From: an uncultured Planctomycetaceae bacterium
Lineage (GTDB): Bacteria; Planctomycetota; Planctomycetia; Planctomycetales; Planctomycetaceae
DNA: 64,000 nt
Direction: 5' to 3'
NCBI GenBank assembly: GCA_963976765.1
Contig: CAXBME010000005.1
Location: 310,001 to 374,000, forward strand
Shown: positions 44,468-53,153 of the stretch, one piece after another
Layout of the letters: each line of letters starts with the position of its first letter
How positions within the stretch are numbered: the first letter of the stretch is position 1
Notes under the pieces: generated by a model
What the model saw: the letters and a program-made list of their open reading frames with translations, nothing else
Told to the model about the DNA's origin: nothing
Databases searched by the model: none
Position numbers and translations under genes: made by a program

Positions 44468-47037
44468 GTCGCCAACTGATTCAGACTATTTTCGAAGCGT
44501 CCTCAGCATCGAATGGTAAATGCCGATTGACGAGGCCCCGATGGGTTCGCCTGGTCGCGACGATGCTGTTTGCGCTGCTCTGTTGCCAGAGCGGGCTCGC
44601 ACAGAAAAACGACAACGAAGATGAACCGCTTCCGTTACTGGATGAAATGGAATATCCAACGGCGGCACAGTTGTTGACCGAACAGCCTGTCGACTGGCTG
44701 ATCCTGAAGCCTGACAATCGCGTCCTGATGGTTCGTCCGGTATCTCCAAGGCCGGATACCCTCACGAAGATGGCGCAGAATCAGGAAGCCCTTAAGAGTG
44801 CCGCAACGAGACCCAAACGGGAACAAGGTGAGTCGGCAGAGGAGTATCGCGATCGCATCGCCCAACTTCTGGACGAGTCTGAAAACCTCGTCGTCGCGCT
44901 TCCCGACGTTGTTGCAGCCACAAGATCTGACGGCGCGGACGAATACACTCTGAATGCAAAACGCAATATCGAGCGAATCATTTATCACGAAGATTTGATG
45001 CTCAAACGGGCCGACATTCAGATGAATGACGGCGAGCTCGAAAAAGCCTTTGAAATGCTGCTCGTTCTTCAGCGTCGCGAACCCGGCTGGCCTGGGTATA
45101 CCGAACGTAGAAACCGTCTCGTATTTGAAGAGGCGAAGAAACGACTCCGCAACGATGACCTGGAAGCGGCATTGGCGTTCTTTGAAGAACTCTACGAACT
45201 TGCCCCAGGTTATGGCGGGCTTCGCGACGGGATCGGCTCGACAATTGAATCGCTGGTTGCCCGCTCCGTCGCCAATGATAGACCACGGGAAGCTCGCTAC
45301 TACATCAGCCGACTGCGCAAGAGCGACCCCGACCACCCAACCGCAAAGAAACTTGCTGACGAATTTCTGGCACGAGCTGGCGGGCTACTTGATAAAGCTC
45401 AGGCAGCCCGGTCTGAAGAAAAACACGACGTTGCGCTTGCAGAGACCCTTCGAGCGACGAAAGTCTGGCCGAGTCACCCGTCGCTTCGCAGCGTCTTTCG
45501 AGCGACCGCATCCCGATACCAGATCCTGAGTGTGGGGGTGTATCGGTTCCCCGGAGACAAGACGCCGTTCTTCCTGCCGACAGCAGCGGACCGTCGACGC
45601 GAGTCGTTGTTGTCGACTGACTTGTTTGAAGTGCGGAAAATTGACCGTGCGGCGTTTTACGAGTCTCGTTTTTTTGAAGAATGGACACCAACCGACCTCG
45701 GGCGTGAGATCATTTTCTCACTCAGGCCACGACGGGCGATCTGGGAATCAAACCCGATGCTGATCGCTCCAGACGTCGTCAGAGCCATTCAGGATCGGCT
45801 CAACCCTGGCTCGCAGAATTACGACGAGCGGATGTCGACGTTTGTCGAATCGCTTCACGTCAATTCACCTCATGAGTTCTCGATCCAGTTTTCCACGGTG
45901 CCAGTCCGACCGCAGGCGATTTTCCGGTTCCCGGTCCGGCAGCCGACCGCTGTCAATGTAACGGCGAGTTCCACTGCCGAGGCAACGACCGAATCGGGTG
46001 ACGCTGAGGCCGATTCATCCGTTGAGTCTGTCACCAGCGTGCTGTCGCGACGGTTCAAAGTTCACGAGACGACGGACGACAAAGTCTCGTTCCGCAGAGT
46101 CGTTCCTCAGGCCAGAGGGCTGTCCCGCTATCGAGTCGCCGAAATCGTGGAGCACCGCTACAAGGACCACAAAGAGGCGATTAAAGGACTGCTCACCGGC
46201 GACGTGTCGGTTCTCCCGGATGTTCCCGTCTGGCTGGCAGACCAGTTCGAAGCGGAAGACCAGTTCTTTACGGAGCCGTACGGCGTTCCAACAACGCACG
46301 TCCTTCAATTCAATCCTGAAAGCTCTGCTCTGAAGAATTCTGAATTCCGCCGCGCTCTCGCTTACGTCATTAATCGGGAAAAGATCCTTGCGGAAACGGT
46401 GCTCCGTGATCCGGCCATGAAGCGAGGTCGCGTTGTTTCAGCCCCGTTCCCATCTACCAGCTACGCCTACCGCGCACAGACAAAGCCAAGACCTTACGAC
46501 CTCTATCTGGCCTACTCGCTGAAAACAGTATCGAAGAAAAAATTCGGCGGTGAAGTTCCCGAACTGACAATGGTTTGCGAACCTGGCGAAGTTGTCGCCG
46601 CTGCTGCTGAAGCGCTGGTCTCGCAATGGGATCGGATCGGCATCAAGGTACGAATTGTCGGCCAGGATGAGTCGTTGCCGGAAAACTGGGACATCGTTTA
46701 CCGCACGGTTCGAATGACTGAGCCTGTTACTGAGCTGTGGCCATTCCTGACAATGAAGCAGGACGCTCGCGTCGAAGATCTGGAGCACCTTCCGGACTGG
46801 TTGCGACAGCAGTTGATCGAACTGGAACAGGCCGTCGACTTTAACTCGTCGGTCGAAATGCTTCACCGGCTGCACTTTCGATTGAATCAGCTCGTTCATC
46901 TTGTTCCGTTGTGGGAAATCGACGACGTCATCGTCATTCGAAATAACATTCAGGGATTCCCAGCCGGCATGATCCATCCTTATCAGAACGTTGAGCAATG
47001 GATTGTTCAGCCCTGGTACCCCAACGACCTGCTTTGA
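44464..47037 (+). CDS. Exported TPR-like protein fused to a family-5 (Opp/Dpp-like) solute-binding domain
   Basis: Signal peptide; TPR-like helices; VLQFNP...NSEFRRALAYVINREKIL; QWDRIGIKV; LVPLWE; GTGA overlap with the upstream gene. Confidence 0.75.
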   Translation: MSRQLIQTIFEASSASNGKCRLTRPRWVRLVATMLFALLCCQSGLAQKNDNEDEPLPLLDEMEYPTAAQLLTEQPVDWLILKPDNRVLMVRPVSPRPDTLTKMAQNQEALKSAATRPKREQGESAEEYRDRIAQLLDESENLVVALPDVVAATRSDGADEYTLNAKRNIERIIYHEDLMLKRADIQMNDGELEKAFEMLLVLQRREPGWPGYTERRNRLVFEEAKKRLRNDDLEAALAFFEELYELAPGYGGLRDGIGSTIESLVARSVANDRPREARYYISRLRKSDPDHPTAKKLADEFLARAGGLLDKAQAARSEEKHDVALAETLRATKVWPSHPSLRSVFRATASRYQILSVGVYRFPGDKTPFFLPTAADRRRESLLSTDLFEVRKIDRAAFYESRFFEEWTPTDLGREIIFSLRPRRAIWESNPMLIAPDVVRAIQDRLNPGSQNYDERMSTFVESLHVNSPHEFSIQFSTVPVRPQAIFRFPVRQPTAVNVTASSTAEATTESGDAEADSSVESVTSVLSRRFKVHETTDDKVSFRRVVPQARGLSRYRVAEIVEHRYKDHKEAIKGLLTGDVSVLPDVPVWLADQFEAEDQFFTEPYGVPTTHVLQFNPESSALKNSEFRRALAYVINREKILAETVLRDPAMKRGRVVSAPFPSTSYAYRAQTKPRPYDLYLAYSLKTVSKKKFGGEVPELTMVCEPGEVVAAAAEALVSQWDRIGIKVRIVGQDESLPENWDIVYRTVRMTEPVTELWPFLTMKQDARVEDLEHLPDWLRQQLIELEQAVDFNSSVEMLHRLHFRLNQLVHLVPLWEIDDVIVIRNNIQGFPAGMIHPYQNVEQWIVQPWYPNDLL

Positions 47038-47045
47038 GTGTACTC

Positions 47046-49013
47046 ATGACGCGTCATTACCACGCCTCAGGTTTTCTGATTCGGCTTTCGATCGCGCTTT
47101 TCGTAGCTGCGGCATTCGCTGAATTTTCGCTCGCTCAGCAGACAGAAAAGGCTGCCGAAACCAGCAGTGCCTCCTCGACGTCTTCCAGCGACAGCGCAGA
47201 GAGTTCCAGGTCGACCGGTCCAGCCAGCTCGAAATCAGAGACTGACGATGCCAAAGCCTCGGAGTCGAAATCGGAAGAGCCGCCTCCGATAAAGATCCCG
47301 CCACCGCCGCCACAAACAGGAACCAGAATTCCGTTCGAACTGCAACGTTACGAAGTTGAACTGCCGATCGTGTTTCAACCCTCTGCAAAGCTCGGCGAGG
47401 CCGTCCGTGAGAGCATCATTGCCGAGCTTCACGAGTTGATCGATCGTAGCGTCGGTCCAATGTGGAATCTGAAAATCGAGGAACCACGCTGGGTCACCCC
47501 TCAGAACAGAACAGGACTTGAACGGCTGACCTCGGAAGCTTTGAAGCAGCGTTCAATTGAACTTCGCTTTGCTCGGGTCGTGCGAGAACAACTTTCGGAA
47601 TACACCGAAGGAAAGTTTCCGATAGAAGGTGAGACTCCGTCTGACGAGATGCTCGCCGAAATTCGCCATCTGTTGACGATCACCGAGAACGAGGTTCTGG
47701 AACCGACCATTGCTGAGTATGTTGCAAACGTTGCCGGCGGGGCAGTGGGCGCGGAAAAAGTCGCCATTGTCAGCGAGGTTGTTTATCTCTACCTGACACC
47801 GCCACCGATTACTGTCGACAAGATTTTTCCTGTTTCCGTCGAGGTCGAAGGCGGCAGTTACATCATCAGTGCCCGAGAGTGGGACCGTGAATCTGAATTG
47901 CTGACGACTGTCAGGACTCGGACGACCGTTGATCGGCGAACGATTGCTGCTCAGATTCTGCGACTGCTCGGCGAGGTGTTTCGACCGACCGTGCTGATTG
48001 ACGAAGCGACACCGCAAACTGCGAGAATCAAATATAAAGCCGGTGAGTTTCCGGCGGGAGATCCGGCTTTTGCAGTTGCTAAGAAGGACGCGATGTTTAT
48101 CCCGTTCTTCCGGTACCTCGACCGCAATAAGGTCATGCAGAAGCTTCAATTTCTTCCGTGGTCGTACATCACCGCGACCAGTATTGAACGAATTCGAGCT
48201 AACTGCGAGCTCGCCACTGGCGTGAAAACGCCTCTCGGTAGTTTTAAACGTCGCCGCATGGAATTACGTGCGCTCGCCTTGAAGCCTTACACCGATCAGA
48301 CAACGCTTACGCTCGTGCCTAAGAGAAATCGAACACGACCCCTGGTTGGGTATCTCGTGGCAGTTTATGACGAAATTCCGCCGCCGCCACCGGAATTGAA
48401 GCCAGGCGAAGAGCCAGAAGAAGACCTGCCGGAACGTGAAAAGCCAGACATTTTCCGTTCCGATCGATTCGGAAACGTGACTATTCCAGTCGACTCGAAT
48501 AAAGCTTTGCAATGGGTCTTCATCCGGAGCGGCAGCGCTCTCCTTGCAAAATTTCCACTGGTTGCCGGAGCCGAGCGACAAATGACTGTCGAATGTCCTG
48601 ACGACACCATTCGTCTCGATGTCGAAGGTCAAATTGTTCTACTTCAAAGTCGCCTGGTCGACACAATCGCGAAACAGGCGATGGTCAAGGCGATGATTAC
48701 AAACCGCGTCAAGGCCGGCGAATGGAAAAAGGTTGACGAATCTCTGAAGGAACTTGACGAGCTTCCGACGATCGAGAGCTTTGAAAGTCTGGTTTCCGAG
48801 ATTCAGTATCCGGCTCTGAAAAAGGCTGAAGAGCGTGGCGAGCGGAGCTTGAAGGGACGTATTTCAAAACTTGGTGATGCTGTTCTGAAAGTCGCTCGAA
48901 TTCATCTCGACCAGCAAAAAATCGATGAGTTTCGCGAAGACATCATCCAACAGAGGCAGATAGACGACCCCGATGCTCCGCGAGGAAACCGCGCTGCACC
49001 GGGGCGAAATTAG
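47046..49013 (+). CDS. Exported hypothetical protein, last gene of the operon
   Basis: Signal peptide (IALFVAAAFAEFSLA), Ser/Pro-rich linker; starts 8 nt after the upstream stop. Confidence 0.7.
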   Translation: MTRHYHASGFLIRLSIALFVAAAFAEFSLAQQTEKAAETSSASSTSSSDSAESSRSTGPASSKSETDDAKASESKSEEPPPIKIPPPPPQTGTRIPFELQRYEVELPIVFQPSAKLGEAVRESIIAELHELIDRSVGPMWNLKIEEPRWVTPQNRTGLERLTSEALKQRSIELRFARVVREQLSEYTEGKFPIEGETPSDEMLAEIRHLLTITENEVLEPTIAEYVANVAGGAVGAEKVAIVSEVVYLYLTPPPITVDKIFPVSVEVEGGSYIISAREWDRESELLTTVRTRTTVDRRTIAAQILRLLGEVFRPTVLIDEATPQTARIKYKAGEFPAGDPAFAVAKKDAMFIPFFRYLDRNKVMQKLQFLPWSYITATSIERIRANCELATGVKTPLGSFKRRRMELRALALKPYTDQTTLTLVPKRNRTRPLVGYLVAVYDEIPPPPPELKPGEEPEEDLPEREKPDIFRSDRFGNVTIPVDSNKALQWVFIRSGSALLAKFPLVAGAERQMTVECPDDTIRLDVEGQIVLLQSRLVDTIAKQAMVKAMITNRVKAGEWKKVDESLKELDELPTIESFESLVSEIQYPALKKAEERGERSLKGRISKLGDAVLKVARIHLDQQKIDEFREDIIQQRQIDDPDAPRGNRAAPGRN

Positions 49014-49118
49014 ATTTAATCACGGAGCCAGCCCGGGCGGGCTCAGTAGTCTGCCGGAAGTTGGGAATTGCTCTTCCTGCCAGCAACAATCAAGTCTGCC
49101 CGCGGCGGTTTGAGTGCC

Positions 49119-49146
49119 TTGCTTTGAGAACGCCCCCCCATATAAT
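49119..49146 (+). promoter_or_regulatory. Putative sigma70 promoter for the nuo cluster
   Basis: TTGCTT-16 nt-TATAAT about 100 nt upstream of nuoI. Confidence 0.5.
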
Positions 49147-49244
49147 CCCGCAGCAATTCGCACATTCTGAACTATTTCCGTGCGTTCATCCGTCACAAAC
49201 TCCGCTAAATTCACTGCAGGTTTATCACTGCATCTGAGGTCACA

Positions 49245-49781
49245 ATGGTCGGGTGGTTTCTTGACGTCTTTCGAGCTGTTTACACCGTGCTTAGCGGCAT
49301 GTGGGTAACTATCTGGACGATGGCTCGCACGTATCGTCGACAGACGTTTGCGGAAACCTATGAGTATCCGGAAACTCCAGTTGCCGTTAAAGCTCGATAT
49401 CGAGGCTTCCACCGTTTCGATCTGACGACCTGTATTGGTTGCGAAAAATGTGCGGTCGCCTGCCCAGTGGACTGTATCTACATCGAGAAAGTCAAAAGCC
49501 CCGTCGGTAAGGGGTTTCGAATCGATGGTTTTGCCGTTGACTACACAAAGTGCATGTTCTGTGCGCTTTGCGTTGAGCCTTGTCCGGTTGACTGTATTTT
49601 TATGGGTTCGAATTACGACCTTAGCTGCTACAGTCGCGATGGATGTATCGTCGATTACGCCAAACTTCCTCTTCAGGTTGCCTGGGGGCGGGCCACTCTC
49701 AACCCGACTGCGGTTGCAGAATCAAAGGTTCTGTATGAGCCAGTCTGGGTAAAGGGCGAAGCAAGTCCATTTGAAGTTTAG
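49245..49781 (+). CDS. nuoI: NADH-quinone oxidoreductase subunit I
   Basis: [21 protein letters not shown] and [12 protein letters not shown] 4Fe-4S motifs. Confidence 0.9.
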   Translation: MVGWFLDVFRAVYTVLSGMWVTIWTMARTYRRQTFAETYEYPETPVAVKARYRGFHRFDLTTCIGCEKCAVACPVDCIYIEKVKSPVGKGFRIDGFAVDYTKCMFCALCVEPCPVDCIFMGSNYDLSCYSRDGCIVDYAKLPLQVAWGRATLNPTAVAESKVLYEPVWVKGEASPFEV

Positions 49782-49794
49782 GCGGAGCAGAACG

Positions 49795-50271
49795 ATGAGC
49801 ACTGACGATGCCGTAAGACGACTGTTTACCGTCGAAGAAGCAAACCAGCGTCTTCCTCTCGTTAAAGCTATTGTCAAAGACATTGTCGAACTGTTTCGTG
49901 ATGTGCAGCAGCGACGGGAAAGGCTTGCCAGCGTGAAGCAGTTGCGTGGTGAGGGCACATCATCAAGTCGATTTCATTCCGAAGAGACGGAGCAGGTCGA
50001 GGCTGAAATTCAGAAAGATGAAGAGAAACTTGCTGGGTTCGTTGCTGAGTTGAGAGAGCTTGGTGTCGAGTTCAAGGATCCTGTCCTTGGGCTTGTAGAC
50101 TTTCCCGCAGAGATGGATGGTCGAGTTGTTCATCTCTGCTGGAAGCTTGACGAACCGGAAGTTCAGTTCTGGCACGAGCTGGATGCTGGGTTTTCGGGAC
50201 GCCAGTTGCTGCTCGCAGAATCCGTTTCTGGTGAATCAGCCGTTTCTAAAGAAGATGACTCACGGTCTTAA
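49795..50271 (+). CDS. DUF2203 family protein
   Basis: FTVEEANQRLPLV...GVEFKD..GLVDFP...LCWKLDE...WH..DAGFSGR. Confidence 0.85.
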   Translation: MSTDDAVRRLFTVEEANQRLPLVKAIVKDIVELFRDVQQRRERLASVKQLRGEGTSSSRFHSEETEQVEAEIQKDEEKLAGFVAELRELGVEFKDPVLGLVDFPAEMDGRVVHLCWKLDEPEVQFWHELDAGFSGRQLLLAESVSGESAVSKEDDSRS

Positions 50272-50318
50272 CCTATTGTTTGGCCAGTCCACCTGGGCCG
50301 CCTGCAGGGCACAATTGA

Positions 50319-50849
50319 ATGTCTGACCTCGTATTTCACATGGTTCTTTTCATCATCGCAGGGACGGCCCTGGTGATGACTCCGCTACTCATTGGGCGGC
50401 TCATTCGGCCTAATAAGCCAACAGCGGAAAAAGACGCCGTTTATGAATGTGGTGAGCCGACGATTGGGTCAAGCTTCATTCAGTGGGACCTTCGCTTCTA
50501 TACGATCGCTTTACTGTTCATTGTGTTCGATGTTGAAGTTGCCTTCTTCTTTCCGTGGGCAACGCTGTACGGCGGAACGATGCAGCTTGCCGATTCCCAA
50601 CTCGACACGGCGTCTCGGTTCGATCTGACCGACAAATTATTGAATCAGGTTCCGGGCACCAGCGCTGCGTCCGGAGACGTGATCACTTCCGGGCAGGCTG
50701 TTGATCTGGGGCTATTGGCGTTTTCAGACATTCTGGTCTTTTTCGGGGTGCTGCTTGTTGGGTTTGCCTACGTCTGGAAGCGTGGCGACCTGGAGTGGGT
50801 GCGAGCAGCAGTTAATACATCCAGTCAACGGGCGGCATCAGGGCGTTAG
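50319..50849 (+). CDS. nuoA: NADH-quinone oxidoreductase subunit A
   Basis: K...YECGE; FYTIALLFIVFDVEVAFFFPWA; YVWKRGDLEW. Confidence 0.93.
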   Translation: MSDLVFHMVLFIIAGTALVMTPLLIGRLIRPNKPTAEKDAVYECGEPTIGSSFIQWDLRFYTIALLFIVFDVEVAFFFPWATLYGGTMQLADSQLDTASRFDLTDKLLNQVPGTSAASGDVITSGQAVDLGLLAFSDILVFFGVLLVGFAYVWKRGDLEWVRAAVNTSSQRAASGR

Positions 50850-50980
50850 TTTGACGAAATCGCGTGGTTCGTTTTGAACGTTCGCGTCCGGCAGTGACTT
50901 ACTGAGCACGCTTAATCTGATCAGCCTTCTCATTACAATCTCCAGCGGCGAATGGCCACAGCGGCATTTCAGGTATAGAC

Positions 50981-51514
50981 ATGAACGCAGAAGAGATTCT
51001 GAACCTGCTCGTCGATGAGTTTGGTAATGAGAAGATCACCGGAAGCAATCTGGAAGCTATCGACCCATGGATCGAAATTGCTGCTGATGCGATTGAGGAA
51101 GTTTCCCGCTTCCTGAAAACAGATGAGCGGCTTCTGTTCGATCATTTGAACAATCTTTGCGGCGTCGACTACTTTGAACCGGACGAAAAGAAGCAGGCGA
51201 AGTTCGGCCACGAACCGCATGTTGAGGTGGTCTATCACCTGAGCAGCTACACTCTTCGGCACAAGATTACGATCAAAGTCTGCGTCCCTCGCTGGAAAGA
51301 TGGCAAGGATGGCGCGCTGCCCGACGTTCCCACCGTATCCGGTGTGTGGAAGATTGCCGACTGGCACGAGCGTGAAGCTTTTGACCTTGTCGGAATCAAC
51401 TTCGTCGGGCATCCAAATCTGAATCGGATTCTGTGTGCAGAAGACTGGGTTGGTCACCCGTTGCGTAAAGACTACGAGTTTCCATTGGAGTACCACGGAA
51501 TTCGCGGCAAATAA
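50981..51514 (+). CDS. nuoC: NADH-quinone oxidoreductase subunit C
   Basis: [46 protein letters not shown]. Confidence 0.95.
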   Translation: MNAEEILNLLVDEFGNEKITGSNLEAIDPWIEIAADAIEEVSRFLKTDERLLFDHLNNLCGVDYFEPDEKKQAKFGHEPHVEVVYHLSSYTLRHKITIKVCVPRWKDGKDGALPDVPTVSGVWKIADWHEREAFDLVGINFVGHPNLNRILCAEDWVGHPLRKDYEFPLEYHGIRGK

Positions 51515-51636
51515 CCTCGAACTTAGGTCCGTTCCGCGGCCAGATTGCTGGACAACCTCATTGAGGTTGCGTTTCCAGACTGACAAGCAAAACTCATTCA
51601 GAATTTCAGGCTATGCCTGACCTGTGGACAGCAGCT

Positions 51637-52875
51637 ATGAGCGTCACACTCGAAGACCCCAGAATTATTGAGTTCGACGTTCGTACGGACGAGATGCTCG
51701 TCAACATGGGACCGCAGCACCCAAGTACCCACGGCGTGCTTCGCCTGCTGCTGCGGACTGATGGCGAAATCGTCAACGAAGTTACGCCCCATCTGGGCTA
51801 TCTTCACCGCTGTGCTGAGAAGATCGGCGAGAACCTCAGCCCGGTTCAGTGGATACCCTACACAGACCGGATGGACTATCTCGCTGGCATGAACATGAAC
51901 CTGGGCATGTCGCTGGCCGTCGAAAAACTGATTGGAATGGAGTTGCCTGAAAAGGCGATCGTTCTTCGAGTTCTGATCGCTGAACTGAATCGTATCGCCA
52001 GTCATCTGGTGGGGATGGGAGCCTACGGCCTGGACCTCGGTACTTTCAGTCCGTTTCTCTACGCATTCCGCGAACGGGAAATCATTCTCGACCTGTTTGA
52101 AGAAGCCTGCGGGGCGCGGCTGACGTACAGCTACCTGACTGTCGGAGGAGCAACCCACGATCTCCCGACAACGATCCCGATTCCTCCAGGTCTGGCATCA
52201 TTGACCCATCGTAGCCCGAATTTGAAGCTGTCATGGCTTGAAGCCGTATCCATGTTCCTTGATTGGCTCGAACCTCGGATCAAGGAATATCACACGCTGC
52301 TCACTCGGAACCATATTTTTATCAAGCGTACGGCAGGGTTAGGCATCCTCACTCGTGAGGACGCTATTGACTACGGCTGCACAGGTCCCGTCCTCAGAGG
52401 CAGCGGCGTGGACTGGGATCTGCGACGCGACGGGGATCCAATCTACACAAAGATGTATGAAGGCTTCGAGTTCGACGTTCCGGTGGCGCCGTTCAAGGAT
52501 GCTCCACGAGAAGCAGTTCTTGGTGACAACTGGTGCCGATTCTATGTTCGAATGATGGAAGTCGTTCAGGCAATTCAACTTGTTCGACAGGCAATCGAGA
52601 AGTATCCGACTGCTAAAGGAACTCACCGAGTCGCCCACAAGATGGCAACGAAGCTTCCGAAAGACGAATGCTACCTCGAAACGGAATGTCCTCGCGGGGC
52701 AATGGGCTTCTACTTTGTAGGTAACGGCGAAGTGAACCCGCTGCGTGCGCGAGCCAAGAGTTCCTGCTTCTGCAATCTGGCGCCGACCGCTCCGCTTTGC
52801 GAAGGCTTTCTCCTGGCGGACATCCCGGCCGTTGTCGGTTCTCTGGATATTGTCATGGGTGAGATTGACAGGTAG
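51637..52875 (+). CDS. nuoD: NADH-quinone oxidoreductase subunit D
   Basis: NMGPQHPSTHGVLRL, GYLHR..EK, DRMDY, ELNRIASH, SLDIVMGEIDR. Confidence 0.96.
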   Translation: MSVTLEDPRIIEFDVRTDEMLVNMGPQHPSTHGVLRLLLRTDGEIVNEVTPHLGYLHRCAEKIGENLSPVQWIPYTDRMDYLAGMNMNLGMSLAVEKLIGMELPEKAIVLRVLIAELNRIASHLVGMGAYGLDLGTFSPFLYAFREREIILDLFEEACGARLTYSYLTVGGATHDLPTTIPIPPGLASLTHRSPNLKLSWLEAVSMFLDWLEPRIKEYHTLLTRNHIFIKRTAGLGILTREDAIDYGCTGPVLRGSGVDWDLRRDGDPIYTKMYEGFEFDVPVAPFKDAPREAVLGDNWCRFYVRMMEVVQAIQLVRQAIEKYPTAKGTHRVAHKMATKLPKDECYLETECPRGAMGFYFVGNGEVNPLRARAKSSCFCNLAPTAPLCEGFLLADIPAVVGSLDIVMGEIDR

Positions 52876-52934
52876 TCAGGGCGGCTCCTCTGGCATATCC
52901 CGACAATCGTAATTGACAGTGTCGATTGTGTGTT

Positions 52935-53120
52935 GGCGAGGGGAGTTGACTCGACTTAGCGGCTGTCCTGAATACGCATTGGTGCGAGGTCGGGTCGAAA
53001 CCGTTTGTTTTGCACGCCCGAGTTGATGGCGATACAGCAGTGCGTCGATTTTTACCTGAACTGCCAGCAACGGCTTGAGGGCAGCACGTAGCCAAACGCT
53101 GTGTTAGCTCGCCACTCGCT
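52935..53120 (+). ncRNA. ssrS: Probable 6S RNA
   Basis: About 186-nt rod: GCGAG/CTCGC, GAGTTGAC/GTTAGCTC and GCTGTCCT/AGGGCAGC stems (G-U pairs favour the + strand), central bubble, AGGT/ACCT, and the 6S-like 3' strand ACCTGAAC...GGCTTGAGGG. Confidence 0.68.
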
Positions 53121-53153
53121 TTCCTGACCGAACTGATCGGCAACGCGCCGCAA

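Noticed and set aside
50850..50980. nuoB pseudogene between nuoA and nuoC
   Set aside because: Only about 130 nt with no NuoB-like motifs that I could recognise
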